NCBI GenBank assembly: GCA_037446135.1
Contig: JBBIJD010000001.1
Span: 27,156 to 91,155 of the forward strand
Source of the DNA: Candidatus Fraserbacteria bacterium
Lineage (GTDB): Bacteria; Bipolaricaulota; Bipolaricaulia; RBG-16-55-9; JANLFV01
DNA length: 64,000 bases
Direction of reading: 5' to 3'
Shown here: in pieces, positions 62,277-64,000 of the stretch
Layout of the letters: each line of letters opens with the position of its first letter
Position numbering within the stretch: position 1 is the stretch's first letter
Translations under genes and position numbers: made by a program
The notes under the pieces: generated by a model
Databases searched by the model: none
Seen by the model: the letters and a program-made list of their open reading frames with translations, nothing else
Told to the model about the DNA's origin: nothing

Positions 62277-62504
62277 ATGGCCGAGCTTGAGCCGATGAGC
62301 CTCGAGGAGAAGCTGGCCCGTCTGGAGGAGATCGTCCAGGCCCTGGAGCGGGAGGAGGTCTCTTTAGAGAGGTCCTTAGCCCTCTTTGAGGAGGGGGTTG
62401 CGCTAGCCCGCGCCCTCCGCCGTGAGCTAGAAGAGGGCCGATTGAAGGTCAAGCAGATCCTCGAAGGGGCTGAATTCCCCTTCGATTGGGAGGGTGGGCC
62501 TTGA
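62277..62504 (+). CDS. xseB: Exodeoxyribonuclease VII small subunit
   Basis: 75 aa. LEEKLARLEEIVQALEREEVSLERSLALFEEGVAL is the canonical XseB pattern. An 8-nt gap after xseA. Confidence 0.9.
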   Translation: MAELEPMSLEEKLARLEEIVQALEREEVSLERSLALFEEGVALARALRRELEEGRLKVKQILEGAEFPFDWEGGP

Positions 62505-62578
62505 ACGAAGCTCGCTCTCACAATTCTTGCTCGAAGAGCGTGCGCAGCCTAGGGGTAGAGAGAAGGCAGGTGAGACTG

Positions 62579-64000
62579 ATGGATGAGGTGCGACCTACGC
62601 GGACGATCCCCCAATTCTTCAGTGAGACGGCCGCTCGTTACCCGGAGCGGACGGCCATCAAGCTCCCCCGCGATGAGAGGTATGAGGAGATCTCCTACCG
62701 CGAGCTGGACCGGCGCTCGAGCCTTCTGGCCGGGGCCCTTATCCATCGTGGGCTAGTCAGGGGCGAGAAGGTGGCCATCTTCTCCAAGCCTCGGATCGAT
62801 TGGGCCGTCGCCCTCCTGGGGGCCCTCAAGGCCGGGGCGGTCGTGGTCCCACTCGATGCCCAGCTCGGGGCCAAAGAGGCGGAGCGGATCCTCGCCCAGG
62901 CCGAGGTCCGAGCCGTCTTCGCCTCGGGTGAGTGCCTCCGGGCCGTCCGGGGGCTCCCGTTCCAAACGATCAGCTTCGATCGCGGTCCAAGCCCGAACCA
63001 TAGGCTCCTCTACCTCGAGGAGTTCCTCCAAGGAGAGGGAGGGGAGGCTCAGGGCGAGCTCGGCCCGGACGACCTAGCGGTGATCGCCTTCACTTCGGGG
63101 ACGACCGGCGATGCTAAGGGGGTGATGCTGACCCACCGGAACTTCAATGCCGACATTTCGGCTTGCCTGGAGAGGATGCCGATCGGCCCGGAGGATGTCT
63201 TCCTCTCCATCGCCCCCTGGTATCACAGCTATGGGCTGACCGTGGGATTGTTGGTCCCCTTCTGGACCGGGGCGATGACCGTCTACACCGACAACTATAA
63301 GGAGCTGCCGCGGATCATGAAGGAGACGGGGATGACGATCCTCATTGGCGTCCCAAAGCTCTACCACCTGATGTATGACCATGTTCGAGAGGGCCTCGAG
63401 AAGAGCCTCCTTGGGCGGCTGGCCTTCCGGTTCGTCCCGAGGCTGGCCGGCCGGCGAGTGAAGCGGGCGCTCGCCTCTCCCCAGCTTAGATTCTTCATCT
63501 CCGGGAGTGCGCCCCTGATGCCTGAGGTCGCCCGGGACTTCCGGAGGCTAGGGATCGGGATCATCGAGGGCTACGGCCTCACTGAGGCCGCGCCGGTCCT
63601 GGCCTTCAGCTTCCCCTTCGACAAGAAGGTCGGGACTGTCGGCCCGATCCTCTCGGGGATGGAGGTGAAGCTCCTCGACCCGAACGAGGAGGGAGTAGGA
63701 GAGATCCTCGTCCGCGGCCCGAATGTGATGCTCGGCTATTACAAGAATCCGACCCGGACTGCTGAGGTCCTCGATAAAGACGGCTGGCTCCACACCGGCG
63801 ACCTCGGGCTGATCGACCAGGATGGCTATATCTACATCAAGGGGCGACGGAAGAATGTGATCGTCCTGGAGAGCGGGAAGAATGTCTACCCCGAGGAGCT
63901 CGAATGGGAGCTCTCTCATATCCCCTACATCGAGGAGGTCCTGGTGAAGCGCGGCTACCGCCAGGGGAAGGAGGTGGTCCAGGCCTACATCTACCCTAAC
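62579..64000 (+). CDS. Long-chain-fatty-acid--CoA ligase / AMP-dependent synthetase (partial; continues past the window end)
   Basis: Manual translation from the ATG at 62579: MDEVRPTRTIPQFFSETAARYPERTAIK...IAFTSGTTGDAKGVMLTHRN (AMP-binding box I)...GYGLTEAAP...LHTGDLGLIDQDGYIYIKGRRKNVIVLESGKNVYPEELE. No stop before nt 64000. Confidence 0.9.
   Translation, partial: MDEVRPTRTIPQFFSETAARYPERTAIKLPRDERYEEISYRELDRRSSLLAGALIHRGLVRGEKVAIFSKPRIDWAVALLGALKAGAVVVPLDAQLGAKEAERILAQAEVRAVFASGECLRAVRGLPFQTISFDRGPSPNHRLLYLEEFLQGEGGEAQGELGPDDLAVIAFTSGTTGDAKGVMLTHRNFNADISACLERMPIGPEDVFLSIAPWYHSYGLTVGLLVPFWTGAMTVYTDNYKELPRIMKETGMTILIGVPKLYHLMYDHVREGLEKSLLGRLAFRFVPRLAGRRVKRALASPQLRFFISGSAPLMPEVARDFRRLGIGIIEGYGLTEAAPVLAFSFPFDKKVGTVGPILSGMEVKLLDPNEEGVGEILVRGPNVMLGYYKNPTRTAEVLDKDGWLHTGDLGLIDQDGYIYIKGRRKNVIVLESGKNVYPEELEWELSHIPYIEEVLVKRGYRQGKEVVQAYIYPN

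Noticed and set aside
1-64000. Mobile elements, integrases, transposases, CRISPR-cas, rRNA, tRNA
   Set aside because: No integrase or transposase-like ORF, no terminal inverted repeats bracketing the low-GC segment, no regularly spaced repeats, and no cloverleaf-compatible tRNA candidates in the short intergenic regions.

Overview
High-GC (~66%) chromosomal window from an uncultivated-looking bacterium. It carries several archaeal-type housekeeping genes (NadM-type NMNAT, short AsnRS, MTH1187, cPGS-like, FmdE-like). About 70 CDS are called with dense coding and no rRNA, tRNA, CRISPR or transposase recognised. Core content: hydantoinase (partial), an XRE-cupin regulator, proline dehydrogenase, GDPD, two glutamate dehydrogenase paralogs, PgsA, a NAD salvage/kinase cluster (nadM-pncC-HD-MTH1187...nadK), a NitT/TauT ABC importer, two OmpR-type two-component systems, a heterodimeric ABC exporter, a NikR-linked ABC-3 metal importer with an FmdE-like gene, a DUF47-PiT pair, a MATE transporter, thiolase, asnS, surE and xseAB. 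The most notable region is 15.5-27.5 kb on the minus strand. It holds a giant multi-domain surface protein, a chaperone-like secreted protein with a dockerin-type tail, and three paralogous small secreted pilin-like proteins. Two of the three are preceded by GEMM-like (c-di-GMP-I class) riboswitch motifs, one single and one tandem pair, with compensatory covariation in the P1 hairpin. Interleaved with them are an Hpt-REC-GGDEF cyclase, a PAS-GAF-HD-GYP phosphodiesterase, and a histidine kinase/OmpR regulator pair flanked by arrays of TGGAAr direct repeats at exact 11-bp spacing. Together this looks like a previously uncharacterised c-di-GMP-controlled surface fibre/adhesin system. A lower-GC segment (54.2-56.3 kb) carries a GyrI-like pseudogene, an AlkD-like gene and a ~570-nt structured non-coding stretch, and is probably a decaying horizontally acquired insert.
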